Positions 39,658 through 48,964 of a stretch of 64,000 bases of DNA are shown here, piece by piece; the stretch's first letter is position 1, and the number at the start of each line of letters is the position of its first letter. The translations under genes and the position numbers were made by a program. This stretch comes from Nitrospirota bacterium (GTDB lineage: Bacteria > Nitrospirota > Thermodesulfovibrionia > UBA6902): the NCBI GenBank assembly GCA_039715075.1, contig JBDLIC010000005.1, forward strand, positions 202 through 64,201. Reading direction: 5' to 3'. The notes under the pieces are model-generated. The model did not search any database. It worked only from the letters and a program-made list of their open reading frames with translations, and had not been told where the DNA came from.

Positions 39658-42600
39658 ATGACCAAAATAACAGCAATTAGAATATTTATCTTATCTTTCC
39701 TGTTTTGCCTGATTGCTGTTCAGGCCGACACTCTAGACTATCCGCATAACAGCGCTAACAATATAACATGTGAATCCTGCCATTTTGTCTATGGAGGCGA
39801 TGAAGTTCTTTTAATACTTCCTGAGTGGGTAAACCATGTTCCGGAGACAATTGATGACACGCAGTTTAATACACTCTGCTGGAGCTGCCATACCGAAACA
39901 CTGAGCGGCCCTCTATTTATGGAGACGCATTCCAGCCGTGTACTGGACAATGGCTACGGAGACTGGGCAGTGGAATGCAGGGTCTGCCACAATCCCCACA
40001 AGCAGCAGTTCAGGTCTGCCAATCATGGGAGTGAAGCATATATTCTGCAGGGGACGGTAGCGGGTGTCGGCACTGACACACTGACTGCAAGCGGAGTAAA
40101 CTGGGGCACAGATGAATATGCGGGATATGTAGTAGTGCCCAACATAGCGGAGAACAAGTATAACTATCAAGTATTAAGTAATGACAGCGATACGCTGACG
40201 GTAAAGGGAACAATAGACCAGTCAAGGGTAATAGCGACCGACACATTCGGCATATCCTACGGGAAGCTGGTCTATGACACAATACATCTGGACAAAATAA
40301 TAGACGATACCTCCGGCGGCCCGCCTGTAACGAGGACCGGTACGAAAACAGTAAAGTTTTTTAATAATGAAGGTGCGAATTCCTTTGCAGACGGAGATCT
40401 GACACTGGACGGGATATGTGAAGCGTGCCATCAGCAGACGAACCATTTCAGGAACTATAACCCCGTTACCGGAGAGTCGCTGTATGACAGGCTTCATGCA
40501 AACATGAACTATCCGGCAGGAACTGACTGCACGTTCTGTCATAAGCATGAGAACGGATTCATAGGTATGGGAGACGGGGCCCACACAACGCATGTGATTG
40601 ATGATAACGGGCCGAAACTCTGGTGCGGTGACTGCCATGGAGAAAACACACCGCCTGTGCTGGCAGACGGACTGGACCTGGCAAGTACGACTGTATGTGA
40701 TAATTGTCATTCATCAGACGGAATAGCAGATGCAAAAACCAACTGGCATGAAGACCCGGGCACATGGGTATCAACAGCCGGAGAGGAAAGCTTCTGCGGG
40801 AGCTGTCATGACCTGACACCCGGAAACAGCCGTCAGGAAGGCACAGGTTTTAATGCGCCAGGTGTGGCAGGGGATAAGACAAACTATGGTTTTTTTGAGA
40901 CAGGGCATGGAAGGCCGACAGCATCGGGCAACTTTGAAAATCTCTCGTGGCAGGAGACGACAGCCGGAAACGGAAATCCCGCGGCAAACAGGAGCTGCAG
41001 TGATTGTCATGACCTGACAAGCCAGCATTTTAATAAATCTATGATCAAAAGTGTCTACGGGACAGCTGGAGGCAATCAGCTGACAATAACCTTCAGAGGA
41101 CCTGTTTATACAGAGTCGACACCTTCAGGAAATCTTGTTGACACTGATTTCGATTATGTTGATGCCAGTGGTGACGGTGCCGCATCGATTGTCTCTGTTC
41201 TGCACTCAGCCGGAAGTTCTACTGCTGTCATAACATTAAATGCTAATTTGATCGCAAATGACATAGGCAATGATACGCTTGCTGCAAATAGCGATGAAGT
41301 ATTTGACGGATTGGGTGATCCATCTGATACAGGCTCATTAACAGTATCAGATATAGATGTGCCTTCGATGAGACTGAGGTCCGGTTTTGAAAACGATGCA
41401 AACAACAGCAACTGCCGGCAGTGTCATTATTCGGGCGGCCTGGCCTATAACGGTCCCGAGTGGTATACGTCATATACGGGCTATTCCTCTTCAGCCCATG
41501 GGACGGCAATTGGCAGCCTGAAATGCACTGACTGCCATGATGTGCATGGCGCTGCGGCGGGACAGTCTGCCTCAGTTCAATATCCCGGAATGACAACGGC
41601 CAATCAGGAGACATTATGTTATCAGTGTCATAAAGACCAGGCATCAGGCGGTATTCAGAACTTTGCGGTTACCGGGTTCAGGGGTACACATGATGGTGCT
41701 GATGATCAGCTCACAGTGCTTACAGACAGCACGGCAAAATATGCCGGAATACTTATAAATGTTCTGTCGGGCTGGACTGTGTATAACCTTACCGACGGCA
41801 GCAAAGGAACAATTACTGACCATAATCTGACACAGATAACAACTTCCGGTTTTCTGTCCGGTGGAATTGAGAATGACTGGGATAATGGAGATGCATACCA
41901 TATTGCCATGATTGATGACATTCAGCAGGCATTTAATTTATCAAGCAGTCATAACCTCGGTACAGGATTTGATTTAGGAAGCAATAATTATACACTTGAG
42001 TGTGTATCCTGTCACAATGTGCATCTTGTAACAGGCAAGCACTGGGACGCTGATCAGGGCAAGAGCCCTGTAACGAGGTTTGCCAGCAACCTCGATGTAT
42101 GGGGTGACGAGTCCGGAGAAAAGATGCAGGACTTTGCCTTCGGTACTGCAAACGGATATTATCAGCCCCCGGAGGGAGATCATTTTACAGGAACGGAACT
42201 GCCCGACTATGTCACGTTCTGTACTGATTGCCACAGTCAGCTGGTGCTTGGTGTGGTCGGACAGGACGGAACAGGCCATGGTATTAACTGGGGACAGGCC
42301 GGTATATTTGGCCCTTATGTGATTACAGATAAACACGGCCTTCCTTTGTCCGGTCAATCAGCGGCAGGTGGATGTCCGGACACATACTATTGTGACAAGA
42401 CCAATAACTACCCGAGAACAACATACAATGGATGGCCTTCTTCACCTCCCTGGCCCATGTATATGGCAGGCCGCGGGCGTGCGAACTGGACACTTATGCC
42501 CTATGATACGGCTGAAAGGTTTGCCGGAGTTAAAAATTATGTATTGAGCTGTACCGACTGTCACGAGGCCCACGGTTCAGCAACGGTCAGGCGGATGGGA

Positions 42601-45600
42601 AGGGCAATAACGAATGGCGCTACTGCCTCGATAAATGTCATGGGAAATTTCTGCTCGAATTGCCACTTTATGAACGGCGGGCACCATAATATACCACAGG
42701 GCGGCTGCGGCAACGGCGGCTGTCACGGCTCATGGTCACCCACAACAAATGACTCACTCCATAATATGAACCATGATTCTGGAAGTCCCGGGGCGGGTGC
42801 GTTATACAACTATGATTTAGTGCTGGATATGAGGTTTGAAAACAATTTAAATGACTCAGGCGCATGGAACCAGCACGGTCAGTGGGCGGCAGACGGCGAT
42901 GGCGCCGGTGCGTTTTCAGCCAGTCATGACGGCGGAGGAAATGCTTTGCTTATAGAGACGCAGCCCTATACAAATCCGGGCACCGGAAATCCGACCTCCG
43001 GCATAGGCGCTTTTGTTGAGCCCGGTTCAACGAATGGGGGATGGTCAACGGACGGCACTCACAGAGCGGACAGGTTCTTCTCATTCAAATACAGTCTGTC
43101 CTTTGAGTCCTGGATCTATCCAACAGATTACCCTGCATTGGATAATGGGGACGGAGTAACCAATCCTACACCTAACCGTTTTATTATTTCAAAGGCTACA
43201 TACGGGAATTATGCTGACTACGCCATGCTGCTGAGATATATTGATAGTGATTACAGACTGTATTTTCGTGGAAATGTGAACGCTAATGCTAATGGAGCAT
43301 CAGACGATTACGGATGGAGAGGGGCATACAGCTCTGTCGCAATACCTCTTAATCAATGGACACATGTTGCTGTGACCTATGACGCTTCCGAGCTGACAGA
43401 AGATCATGATGCAAATGACCTTGCAAAAGGCAGGATAAGGATTTATGTAAATGGCGAAGATGTCACAACAAACCAGGTGCCGAGCACAAACAACTATGAC
43501 CGCACCCAGCCCCTTGACGGTGAAGGTGAGGGTGCAAACCCTGACACGGGAAATGGGCTTAATCCGTGCATAGATAACGGTCAGTGCCAGTGGAGAATGG
43601 TGATAGGTTCTCTTCCATATGATAAGACGCTTGTCCATTTCATTGGGAAGATAGATGATGTAAAGATGTGGAATGTTACAAAGGATGCGAATTATTTTGA
43701 TGTCCAGGTGCCGCCATTGATAACATTGGTGGAGGGAATAAGCGGAAATGATAAATTATATGTGACATTCTCTGAATCTGTTTATGGTTCAGGTGTTTCA
43801 AATGAGCTGATAACTACTGATTTTGTTCTCAATGATGTAAGCGGCAACGGGGCGCTTGGTATCTCGACTGTGTCCCATACAGCGGGAGATACAACGGCTG
43901 TTCTGACACTGAGCGGCAACCTGGCAATCGAGGATATAGACACTGATACACTTGAGCCGGCTGCAAGTTCCATCTATGACGAATACGGAAGTATTGCAGC
44001 CTTTACAGATGGCTTGGCAATAATTGCGAAAGTTAATGCCCCTACGCTTGATATGGTAAATGGTACGGATGGTCATAACAGGATTGTTATAAGATTTTCC
44101 GAATCCATATACACAAATTCTAATGGTACAGGAACCCTTCAGCCCACTGATTTTGCATACTCAGATGTAAGCGGAAACAGTATTACATCGGTAGAGCATA
44201 CACTGGACAGACTTGAGGCAACACTTGTGCTTGATGGTGATGTAAATGCCGTTGATATAGATGCAGCCACGCTTACTCCTTTAGCGGGAGCTGTTTTTGA
44301 TGTCACAGGCTATCCTGTAAATATAACTCCTGTGACCCTGACACAAGGCCTTGTTTCTTCTATTTCAGCGATTGAGGGTGTTGAAAACAGTAATGTGCTT
44401 AAGGTGACTTTTGAGAGCCAGGTTTACTCGGCTGTTAATGAGACAGGTTCACTGGATGCTTCGGATTTCGTATACGTCGATACTAATGGAGAACATACCA
44501 GTCAGTTTATTTCATCTGTCACCCACTCTGGGGGCAGCCCGGTTGCCATCATTACGATGAACGAAAATATGATCCCGGCCGACTTTGGTGCGGACACACT
44601 TGCAGCGGTCGCTGATTCCATCTTTGGTCCGGGTGATGTCAGTTTTCCTCTGGATGCTGCTGACACTGTGACAATAACGGCACAGACAGCTCCAACGCTT
44701 ACAAGAGTTGAAGGCGCAGATGGTTACGACAAGTTATTTGTAGCATTTAGTGAGGGTGTATATACAGGTGCCGGACAAGCCGGTGCCCTTACAACGGCCG
44801 ACTTTGTTGACAGTGACGCTGTGTGGGACATAAGCGGGGTGCAGCACATCGCGGGGCAGGCAAATGCAATACTTACCCTGACTGCTGCTCTCGATGCAGG
44901 TGACATCGGGACCGAAACAATTGACGTAGCCGGTAGTACATCAGTATATAACAATACCGACAACCCGGTTGCAACAGGATCTGCTGTCACTATAGCTGGA
45001 TACGACTGTCCAACATGGGGAAGCACCTTTGACTTTAATGATGGCACAGGAAGTTCTACTGTGACGGACGATACAACTTTGCTTGAAGGCACTGTAGGTA
45101 ACCCCTTGGTCAGCATGTTGGGTGATAATTTATACACCGGTGATGAAACCGAGGCAGAAGCCACCTATATTGATATAAACAGCGGTGCCAATTATGACAA
45201 ATGCCTCCAGACAGGCAGGGCATACACTATTGAGACGAGGTTCTACGCAGGTGATGTGGATATGGACTATGTGGATGTTGACCCGGTAAACGGTCTTGAT
45301 GATGACTATGATGTTTATAACACTCCAAATGACCAGGATGGAGACGGGAGAACAGGTACATACAGCAGGATTATGGAGAGACAGAATTCATACTTCGTGA
45401 CCCTGATGAGAGCGGGATATGCAGGGGACTATATGTCAAAAAGGGCGGGGAAGGCCAGGATTGAGTTTAAATACCGCAGGGACGATGCATCACTTCACAC
45501 CTGTCCGCATCCTCAATGGCCTGAGGACCAGACATACACCGGTGACAGCTCCGGGCAGCACCAGATCAGCTCCGATATTGGTCAATGGCCGATTATTGAT

Positions 45601-45957
45601 AATCACTGGTACCGGATAAGGGTCGTCTTCAACTCTGACAAAATAAATATAGCTGGATCGAACGGCAATCCTGTAGATATCTTTTTTGATGACCAGGGTG
45701 AGACAGGACTTGATGATGCCACAGAACAATGGTCAGGATTGATTAACGTATCAAAGGCCATTAATGACAGTTCATCCTGCAGATGGGGCGCCCTCCCCGG
45801 AGACTATATGCGAATAATCGACAGGTTTACCTACATTGGCGACAACTCTGTTCATACGGATATCCCGAACGACGTCTGGAATTTAATGCTCAAAGGGAAG
45901 CTGGACTGGCTGAGCTGGAAGCCCTATGCGGATTATACTGGAGTAACACCTAAATGA
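39658..45957 (+). CDS. giant secreted multiheme c-type cytochrome (16 CXXCH + 1 CX4CH) with Ig-like repeats and LamG-like domains
   Basis: Sec signal; heme motifs counted by eye from CESCH (39769) to CGNGGCH (42726); LamG motifs WTHVAVTYD, IYVNG, FIGKIDDVKMW; five about 100-aa repeats. Confidence 0.93.
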   Translation: MTKITAIRIFILSFLFCLIAVQADTLDYPHNSANNITCESCHFVYGGDEVLLILPEWVNHVPETIDDTQFNTLCWSCHTETLSGPLFMETHSSRVLDNGYGDWAVECRVCHNPHKQQFRSANHGSEAYILQGTVAGVGTDTLTASGVNWGTDEYAGYVVVPNIAENKYNYQVLSNDSDTLTVKGTIDQSRVIATDTFGISYGKLVYDTIHLDKIIDDTSGGPPVTRTGTKTVKFFNNEGANSFADGDLTLDGICEACHQQTNHFRNYNPVTGESLYDRLHANMNYPAGTDCTFCHKHENGFIGMGDGAHTTHVIDDNGPKLWCGDCHGENTPPVLADGLDLASTTVCDNCHSSDGIADAKTNWHEDPGTWVSTAGEESFCGSCHDLTPGNSRQEGTGFNAPGVAGDKTNYGFFETGHGRPTASGNFENLSWQETTAGNGNPAANRSCSDCHDLTSQHFNKSMIKSVYGTAGGNQLTITFRGPVYTESTPSGNLVDTDFDYVDASGDGAASIVSVLHSAGSSTAVITLNANLIANDIGNDTLAANSDEVFDGLGDPSDTGSLTVSDIDVPSMRLRSGFENDANNSNCRQCHYSGGLAYNGPEWYTSYTGYSSSAHGTAIGSLKCTDCHDVHGAAAGQSASVQYPGMTTANQETLCYQCHKDQASGGIQNFAVTGFRGTHDGADDQLTVLTDSTAKYAGILINVLSGWTVYNLTDGSKGTITDHNLTQITTSGFLSGGIENDWDNGDAYHIAMIDDIQQAFNLSSSHNLGTGFDLGSNNYTLECVSCHNVHLVTGKHWDADQGKSPVTRFASNLDVWGDESGEKMQDFAFGTANGYYQPPEGDHFTGTELPDYVTFCTDCHSQLVLGVVGQDGTGHGINWGQAGIFGPYVITDKHGLPLSGQSAAGGCPDTYYCDKTNNYPRTTYNGWPSSPPWPMYMAGRGRANWTLMPYDTAERFAGVKNYVLSCTDCHEAHGSATVRRMGRAITNGATASINVMGNFCSNCHFMNGGHHNIPQGGCGNGGCHGSWSPTTNDSLHNMNHDSGSPGAGALYNYDLVLDMRFENNLNDSGAWNQHGQWAADGDGAGAFSASHDGGGNALLIETQPYTNPGTGNPTSGIGAFVEPGSTNGGWSTDGTHRADRFFSFKYSLSFESWIYPTDYPALDNGDGVTNPTPNRFIISKATYGNYADYAMLLRYIDSDYRLYFRGNVNANANGASDDYGWRGAYSSVAIPLNQWTHVAVTYDASELTEDHDANDLAKGRIRIYVNGEDVTTNQVPSTNNYDRTQPLDGEGEGANPDTGNGLNPCIDNGQCQWRMVIGSLPYDKTLVHFIGKIDDVKMWNVTKDANYFDVQVPPLITLVEGISGNDKLYVTFSESVYGSGVSNELITTDFVLNDVSGNGALGISTVSHTAGDTTAVLTLSGNLAIEDIDTDTLEPAASSIYDEYGSIAAFTDGLAIIAKVNAPTLDMVNGTDGHNRIVIRFSESIYTNSNGTGTLQPTDFAYSDVSGNSITSVEHTLDRLEATLVLDGDVNAVDIDAATLTPLAGAVFDVTGYPVNITPVTLTQGLVSSISAIEGVENSNVLKVTFESQVYSAVNETGSLDASDFVYVDTNGEHTSQFISSVTHSGGSPVAIITMNENMIPADFGADTLAAVADSIFGPGDVSFPLDAADTVTITAQTAPTLTRVEGADGYDKLFVAFSEGVYTGAGQAGALTTADFVDSDAVWDISGVQHIAGQANAILTLTAALDAGDIGTETIDVAGSTSVYNNTDNPVATGSAVTIAGYDCPTWGSTFDFNDGTGSSTVTDDTTLLEGTVGNPLVSMLGDNLYTGDETEAEATYIDINSGANYDKCLQTGRAYTIETRFYAGDVDMDYVDVDPVNGLDDDYDVYNTPNDQDGDGRTGTYSRIMERQNSYFVTLMRAGYAGDYMSKRAGKARIEFKYRRDDASLHTCPHPQWPEDQTYTGDSSGQHQISSDIGQWPIIDNHWYRIRVVFNSDKINIAGSNGNPVDIFFDDQGETGLDDATEQWSGLINVSKAINDSSSCRWGALPGDYMRIIDRFTYIGDNSVHTDIPNDVWNLMLKGKLDWLSWKPYADYTGVTPK

Positions 45958-46000
45958 TGAAATACAGTTTATAACAGGTTTTTAACTGTCATAAATTACT

Positions 46001-46033
46001 AAATCGGTCTATTTTAACAGACCGATTTTTTTT
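46001..46033 (+). terminator. intrinsic terminator after cytochrome gene
   Basis: AAATCGGTCT-N8-AGACCGATTT plus T run. Confidence 0.8.
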
Positions 46034-46191
46034 GCTGAACCACTGTAATGTATCCTGATCTTCTTCATTTGCTGCTTTAACTATAAAGTTTAAAGAACCG
46101 CATTTTTGTTGCCGTATTGTGTGAAAAAACCTCAAAACATTAAAACAAGGTTTACTATAACTGGTAACCCTCTCTCTTTATTAAGTTTTTA

Positions 46192-46326
46192 ATACCCTGC
46201 AGTCTCTGCTGTGGGGTTTCCTCTTAATCCCCACTTTGGAAAAGGGGGGCGAGGGGGGATTTTTTAAATTAATATTTTTTTTTACCTAACGATACCCCGC
46301 TGTCTCTGCGGCGGGGAGTCTTCATT
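46192..46326. repeat. cluster of short palindromic repeats
   Basis: two ATACCC(C/T)GC..TCTCTGC..(T/C)GGGG copies (46192-46216, 46292-46316) flanking a CCCACTTT/AAAGGGGG element (46228-46262). Confidence 0.65.
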
Positions 46327-46418
46327 ATTTTCTGGTAGCATTGAGGAATTGACGAATCAATAGCAGGAGCAATGACAGTCCAGCGACCTATCTCTGGAAT
46401 CAGGTGATTGCGGTTTCC

Positions 46419-46631
46419 TTACTTTTTTGTTACCTGACACCGCTCCTCGGGCACCCCGAGTTTTTTGAGAATTAAACCCATAGGGCAAACCTTTGAGAAT
46501 CCAAACTGAAAAAGGTTTGCGCCGACAAATGCGGTAAAGAGATACCACCACGGACTTACCCATGTTCCAAGGGCAAGGCTCCCGAGAATAAAGATTCCTG
46601 CTATTACATGTATCCAGTCATTAACAGACAT
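46419..46631 (-). CDS. DUF2892 (YgaP-like) membrane protein
   Basis: IAG.F.L.SL.L, FVGANLFQ, CPM..ILKKLG. Confidence 0.88.
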   Translation of the reverse strand: MSVNDWIHVIAGIFILGSLALGTWVSPWWYLFTAFVGANLFQFGFSKVCPMGLILKKLGVPEERCQVTKK

Positions 46632-46723
46632 ATTTTGTCTCCTTTTTATCTTTATATGTTTAAAGTAACATTTATGTTTATATTTTTTGTGAAGAGAATT
46701 TTAGAATAAATATTTTAGTCAAT

Positions 46724-48007
46724 TTAAAAACTGTAACGTGTCCCTGCATAGGCGTTGGTATTGTCTTCAAACTGGCCGAAAAACGTATGGTCATTGTTTC
46801 CATAAAAAATATTGCCTCCGGCTTCGACCGCCCATCTGTCAGACACCTTGTAGTGTGCCTTTGGGCGGAAATATGCGTCCTCATCCGAAGGGGAATAATA
46901 AGTAAAGAGAGACAGTCTCAGGTTCTGGTTCATCATCAATTTAGTCAGCCTGAGTGTCAGGAGATGCCGGTACTCATCCTTCTGTGCTGACCCTGGAGGC
47001 AGGGATGATTCGTATTCAGAGTAATCCATCATCCATTCGAGGTAATACTGTATACCCCCGGTAAGGTCCCGGCCGAGTTCTCTTTCATACCCTCCCATGA
47101 AACGGACCTCGCTGTTGCGGATAAAGGGATCGTTCCCTGTGCTGTCCTGATATGAATCATAATAACCTGTTTCGATATTTCCAATCCCGCCCAGGACAGG
47201 AGCCCGTAGACTTCCGCCCACAGAGCGGAGCCGTGGGTATATCCCTTTGCCGGTGCCCCGGTCTATTCCCTCCGGTGTCTGCCAGAATCCGTCATATCCG
47301 TACAGCGCTGTCTCTATACCGTTTAATGTCTTTGACAGGCGCAGTGATATTTCATCGTCACTAAAAAAAGTGTTCCGTTCATGGTCATTAAATATGCTCT
47401 CCTCCCCTGTAATCCTGGTTTCGTTCCAGTATGACAGCCGTGACCCGTCAATATACACAGACCCGTTGAAAACAGGACTGTAGGAAATATCCATGTTAAC
47501 AAGATCAAAATACAGGCTTGCCCGCAGACTGTCTGAAGGCGCTTTCAGGTATTCATTGTCGCGTCCGATGAAAAAGGATTCCCAGTCCTTTGGGAAAAGG
47601 TCGTTGATGAAGAGCAGGTCGCCCGTGCCCCATGTCTGGATCTGACGGCCAGCTTTGACGTCCATGTAATCAACCGGAGAAAATGAAAAATTCAGCTCCC
47701 GAAGTTCACCCCGTACTTCTTCAAGGACCCTGTCCCCGACCAGATCACCTTTGAATTTGCCGGTTCCCCATTTAAATTCCTTTGACAGATCGAGCTGAGT
47801 GCGGACTTCAGATATGGACTCATCTTTTTCAAACCGGTCATTCTGCAGACGCCATCCCTGCCGCGCTTCTGCAAAACCGAACAGCTCGGTCTCATACCGG
47901 TCATAAAGCCAGTCCCTGATTTCCGAAGCTGATGCATTATAGATTAAAGTCAGTAAGAGCGTTACAAGTACGGATGCTGTGAGAATAATTTTATTAATAA
48001 ATTTCAT
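46724..48007 (-). CDS. outer-membrane beta-barrel protein (DUF1302-like)
   Basis: signal peptide, ELRE, KAGRQIQTWG, FFGQF, C-terminal YSF; operon context. Confidence 0.75.
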   Translation of the reverse strand: MKFINKIILTASVLVTLLLTLIYNASASEIRDWLYDRYETELFGFAEARQGWRLQNDRFEKDESISEVRTQLDLSKEFKWGTGKFKGDLVGDRVLEEVRGELRELNFSFSPVDYMDVKAGRQIQTWGTGDLLFINDLFPKDWESFFIGRDNEYLKAPSDSLRASLYFDLVNMDISYSPVFNGSVYIDGSRLSYWNETRITGEESIFNDHERNTFFSDDEISLRLSKTLNGIETALYGYDGFWQTPEGIDRGTGKGIYPRLRSVGGSLRAPVLGGIGNIETGYYDSYQDSTGNDPFIRNSEVRFMGGYERELGRDLTGGIQYYLEWMMDYSEYESSLPPGSAQKDEYRHLLTLRLTKLMMNQNLRLSLFTYYSPSDEDAYFRPKAHYKVSDRWAVEAGGNIFYGNNDHTFFGQFEDNTNAYAGTRYSF

Positions 48008-48023
48008 CCTGTAATAGATTATT

Positions 48024-48165
48024 TAGAGTCTCTGTATAAACTCAATGTCTCTGTCCGTCATTCCCGAAGTTCTTAATCGGGAATCCAGTCTTTTCAGCAA
48101 GTTCTGGATGCCCGATTACTGACTTCGGGCATGACAAAAAAACGGCAGTTTATACACAGACTCTA
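48024..48165. mobile_element. MITE-like element with 19-bp TIRs (TA ends) enclosing a GTCATTCCCG...CGGGCATGAC palindrome
   Basis: TAGAGTCTCTGTATAAACT (48024-48042) vs reverse complement of AGTTTATACACAGACTCTA (48147-48165), 18/19. Confidence 0.8.
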
Positions 48166-48960
48166 TTTACGGGCTTCTTTCGGGGCCCTGCGCAAATACC
48201 TTTCGGTAAATATATCACTCAAACCTATATCATATCTGACATCTGTGAAAACAGATACTGTATTGCCTCCGTTCAGAAGATCCTGTACCCGCGATTTGAT
48301 CACAGTAGGGTGTCCCTGAATGTCTTTTATTTCAAGAGATTCAACCGTCCGGTACATACGGCCCTCCCTGTCGGTATATTCTGCTTTTCTGGGCAGGAAG
48401 GACCTGCGGTCAATCCAGATCTTGTAGGAGGAGAATTCAACACTGGAAGGGTCTTTTGGTACGCTGTTGAGGATGAAAAATTCATCATTCGCGTCCAGCA
48501 GGAGATGTTTGTCCTCAAAGATTGAACGGCCCGAAACATCTTCATATAGAAAGTGAGAGCCTACAAAGCTCGTGCGCTTGTCAGCGGCAGCGATCCTTTT
48601 GACAAGGTCCAGGGCCGGCAGATAAAGCCACCTGTCATCATCAGCCCCGATCTTTTTGTGGACCATGAACACCATTTTGCGCACGTCACCCGGTTTTCTG
48701 AAGTAGACGTAAAACTTCTGCTCTCCGCCTTCGCTGACATCTTTTCTCAGGATAATGAACTCCCTTTTCCTGACCCGGCCCTGTGCATCGGTAATCGTCA
48801 TGGATACCTTTGCCGTTCCGTCATTGCCTGCGTAATATGCGGCCTTATTTGCACGATCGACTATTTCATCTACTCCCGGAATTTCTTCGGCAGACTCAGC
48901 AGGTGTACATAAAACTGTTATTAGTATTAAGAACACATTTAATATGGATAGCTTTTTCAT
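48163..48960 (-). CDS. outer-membrane lipoprotein-sorting (LolA-like) protein
   Basis: signal peptide; F.KP.DV, DDRWLYLPALDLVKRI, SFVGSHFLYED. Confidence 0.88.
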   Translation of the reverse strand: MKKLSILNVFLILITVLCTPAESAEEIPGVDEIVDRANKAAYYAGNDGTAKVSMTITDAQGRVRKREFIILRKDVSEGGEQKFYVYFRKPGDVRKMVFMVHKKIGADDDRWLYLPALDLVKRIAAADKRTSFVGSHFLYEDVSGRSIFEDKHLLLDANDEFFILNSVPKDPSSVEFSSYKIWIDRRSFLPRKAEYTDREGRMYRTVESLEIKDIQGHPTVIKSRVQDLLNGGNTVSVFTDVRYDIGLSDIFTERYLRRAPKEARK

Positions 48961-48964
48961 TACG

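Noticed and set aside
42370-42396. Additional heme site at CPDTYYCD in the giant cytochrome
   Set aside because: No His follows the second Cys; more likely a disulfide loop
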